Below, one piece after another: positions 60,816 through 64,000 of a stretch of 64,000 bases of DNA; the stretch's first letter is position 1, and each line of letters opens with the position of its first letter. Position numbers and translations under genes: made by a program. Below the pieces are notes generated by a model. It saw only the letters and a list, made by a program, of their open reading frames with translations, was not told the DNA's origin and did no database searches. The stretch comes from Phoronis australis (Eukaryota > Animalia > Phoronida), in assembly GCA_002633005.1 (NCBI GenBank), contig NMRA01000129.1:28133-92132 (forward strand), read 5' to 3'.

Positions 60816-63629
60816 ATGGCCAAACATATTTGTGTGGTGCATGGATATTTGCTGTGTGGCACCGGGTCCAACATATATTCATGTAACTTAGCGTTGCAGT
60901 GGAAGAAACAGGGCCACGCCGTGACCATATTCTGCCAGGACCCCAAAGCTGGTTCGTATGATTGGGTTGACGAGTTTTTCGGACCAAAGGTAAGTAATCG
61001 GGCCGGGTCACGAGTACACTGTTGATACAAGTTAATGTTATCAACGGCAAGTTGGTTATCGGCCACGTATACGATGTTAGATTAGGCACGCAGGTACAGG
61101 GCGACTCCCGGACAACCTTTAAGTATTGCATGTCTCAGTGGTGTGAAGAAATTGCTGATGACGTGGATATGGCCGCCCCGCAGAGTATTCATGACCCTCA
61201 TGGGTCAAGCTACAGCTGGAAGGCGCGTTCAAATAAATGTTAATATGAGTGCTAGCTCTTGATCAGGCTTTTAACATGCCCTTAACGGGATGACAGTTTC
61301 GAGAAACACTAAACGGTTATATAATTATGTATCAGCATGCCTGTACAGCTGTAGGTTGTGAACACGGAAATTGTAACTCCACCGTACGTTACACCCTGTG
61401 TTCGGCAGGCAGCTTGCTGCTAACCTGCCCCCTGTCGCATATTTGTTGTAACTGACTCATTGCTGGCGATCCGGCGTGAAGGCATTTGCCTTACCCACTC
61501 TTTATTTCTGAATGAACTGTCGACACGATCCCGCCTCCGGAGGAGCAATTGAATCAGAGTATATCTTAACCAGCAAGTCACGTGTTGCGACTTTTTACCT
61601 CTAAAATCGTGTCTGAACACCAATGTACACTCCGCAATTAGTCGCCTATAGTAGGCCTACGCCAGTTGAATACGACCAGGCCTAATGCCGGCGTATGCAT
61701 GTAGGACTGGATCTTAAAAGTCTAAAGATAGCCAAATTAACCAACTATGGATTTCAAATAAACTGCTTATACCTCAAAATGTGTCTGCTGTGAGCTTCTG
61801 GCGAAATCTCATTGTCATATTTCATGAAGCGCGATTTACTGACACATCAGAGGCGGGCGCTGATCCTGGAGTGTCCGACCCACGCTCGATCACTTTATTG
61901 TCTAATGCTGCAAGCGTCCGTATATTCCTATAACCTCGTTGCCTATGTTCATGCATCCGACCCAGTGTTGTTGCTTTCTTATATACAGTATGTATAGTGA
62001 TAATGCGCTAAATTGGACAAACAAAACTTTTCAAAAACACTTATAGAGGTAACTACATGTATAGGCCTACCCTTTGAATAGGTAAGCAGATTTATTTTCT
62101 TTGCTTATTAAACGAATTAGGCTATGGAGTTATAGTACAGTTCACTTTGATTTGCAACCTTGTAAATCAATTGAATGTACTTTATTTATGTAGATGCCAT
62201 ATTAATGTTGACTACTTATTATTTTGAAAAATGTGTGGGTTTTCTGCGTCAGTTTACCGAAGCTATTGGCAAAGGTTATCTGGGTAACCCGGCGAGGCCC
62301 AAAAATCCTGGTTCTCATGTTTAAAACGTCCAACTCGGGGTATTTTAGGACACGTCGGCAGATAAAGCTGTCCAGATAAAGCTGCCTAGTCGAAGTGAAA
62401 ACTTGAACCGGGAAAGGTCATCCAAATGGATTGAAACGTCCTGGAATCTGAAGTTTCCCTAGAGAACTTCTATGAATCCAAACGCGTGAAACTCAACGGA
62501 AAACATTCCTGTCGGAGAGACTATGCATCTGAAAAGGATATATGTACTCTTACTCCCCCTTACGTCCCAAAAATTGACCCCTTCAGCCATTATTCCAGGG
62601 TTTTAGGTCGTGCACCCGCGCTAAAACAGCATAAACTGTTGTTTTACTACATGGCCTCATTTTGAAACATGCAATTAAAAGTTATACGTAACGACTTCCT
62701 AACACGGTCATTTTTTCAGGACACAATTCCCAAAGAAGCCCCCAAGAACGGCCGGTGCAGAGTCATCGTCCCGGACATTGGTGGCTTGCTACCCGTCTAC
62801 GTTTACGATGACTACGAAGGCTACACAACCAAAACCATTTTCAACTGCACGGACGAAGAGATAGAGAATCACATTTCTATGACATCACGCGCCATACGCA
62901 CCATGGTGAATCAGTGTGGCTGTGACAAAGTACTAGTCAACCACGCCTTGCTGTCTCCGGTAATAGCAAAGCGAGCCCTCGAGGGCACCAATATTCCCTT
63001 TGACGTAAAGATTCACGGAAGTGCCATGACTTTTATTGTTAAACCCTATCCTCAGTACAAGAAATACGCCGTCGAAGGGCTGCAAGCCTGCAATCGTATT
63101 ATAGCTGGCACGCGTCATGTAGTCGATCAGGTGAACGAAACCTTCGCTCAAGAACGTAATGCTCTTAAACTCGACCAGAGGTTGGTCATTGTTCCCCCTG
63201 GCATGGATCCATCTGTATTCACATTGTCAGCAGACGTGAACGCAAGCATTAAGGCGTTCTTGGAGGAAGCAAAACGACACATCTCTAAAGAAGACAACAA
63301 AGGCAGAAGAGCGAGCAAGATTGATTTGTCTGCAGTCGCAGAGAACATCAAGAGACCTGGCGTCAATGCACACAATGTTCTTGTGGATTTGGGCAAAACT
63401 TACAACCAAAGGGTGGTAGACTGCGACCTTCCTGAGCGTTTTTTCACAATGACTGAGAACGACCCGGTAGTGATTTATTTCGGAAAATTCCTCAACACCA
63501 AGGGCATTGCGGAAATACTTCTGCAATTTCCCTACGTGGTCTCAAAAATTCCAAATGTTCGATTCCTATTTGTTGGTTTCGGAACATTCCGTGAGCATCT
63601 AGAAATGATGGTTTACGCTCTAAAAACCG
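60816..63629 (+). CDS. Glycosyltransferase family 4, gene 2 (tandem paralog, 3'-partial); exons 60816-60989 and 62720-63629, remainder beyond the window
   Basis: HGYLLCGTGSNIY…GPK|DTIP…GLLPVYVYDDYEG…KIHGSAM…VPPGMD…FGKFLNTKGI…ALKTG|gtaagt. Intron positions are identical to gene 1. Exon 1 has 39 of 56 aligned residues identical by my count. Confidence 0.9.
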
Positions 63630-64000
63630 GTAAGTGATTGGACTATGTGTGATTGGTTGATCTTTAAGTCTGCATATTCCACATCTTTAGAAGCTACATA
63701 TAAACTCTCACGTGTTCAACCAAACCCACAGGGCTGAGACCTGGATTACTGTAGTACGTCAACCATGCAAGTGTTTCACTTGTAGAACGCTTTGTCGACT
63801 TTAGATGATCTACTCACCTCTAAATCAAAGTGTGCACTGTGTAAAATGGTGACTTTTGTTTTGTTTGTAATCTATATTTTCATATGTATATATATTCATT
63901 TATTATCGTGAAACATTCCTTCTTGTAAACGATAAAAAATTTCACAGGCTCAAATACATTCAAAAGACATAAAATCTACTTGGATATTACTCTCAACTTT

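Noticed and set aside
40273-63629. Bacterial contamination as the source of the GT4 genes
   Set aside because: Both genes have phase-consistent spliceosomal introns, gene 1 introns contain host repeats, and gene 1 is contiguous with DIPK2A without a gap.

Overview
Eukaryotic, intron-containing, AT-rich genomic DNA. The gene families and transposon content point to a marine invertebrate animal, but the taxon cannot be fixed from the sequence alone. Genes I could reconstruct by hand with GT-AG junctions in consistent phase: an intronless otopetrin proton channel (1042-2886,+); a 2-exon METTL7/TMT1-like methyltransferase with an in-frame TAG in its last exon (12749-14039,-); a 3-exon secreted 10-Cys prokineticin/colipase-fold peptide precursor (18254-20076,+); an MS4A/CD20-like tetraspan protein (21519-22445,-); a 4-exon DIPK2A/C3orf58 (28023-33666,-); and a tandem pair of GT4 (GT-B) glycosyltransferases (40273-47809,+ complete with 5 exons; 60816 onward,+ running off the window). 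The GT4 proteins look like a bacterial-type subfamily but carry spliceosomal introns at identical positions, and both sit behind a CRE+TATA promoter. This pair is the best candidate for a novel, possibly horizontally acquired system. Intergenic and intronic DNA is dense with transposon relics: Kolobok elements (TTAA TSD; THAP and KolX/P2X7-ballast-like remnants), AT|AG...CT|AT THAP elements, Penelope GIY-YIG fragments, and a G-rich CA...TG family with demonstrable 5-bp TSDs. There is one 217-N assembly gap. All family assignments come from motif recognition; no database searches were run.
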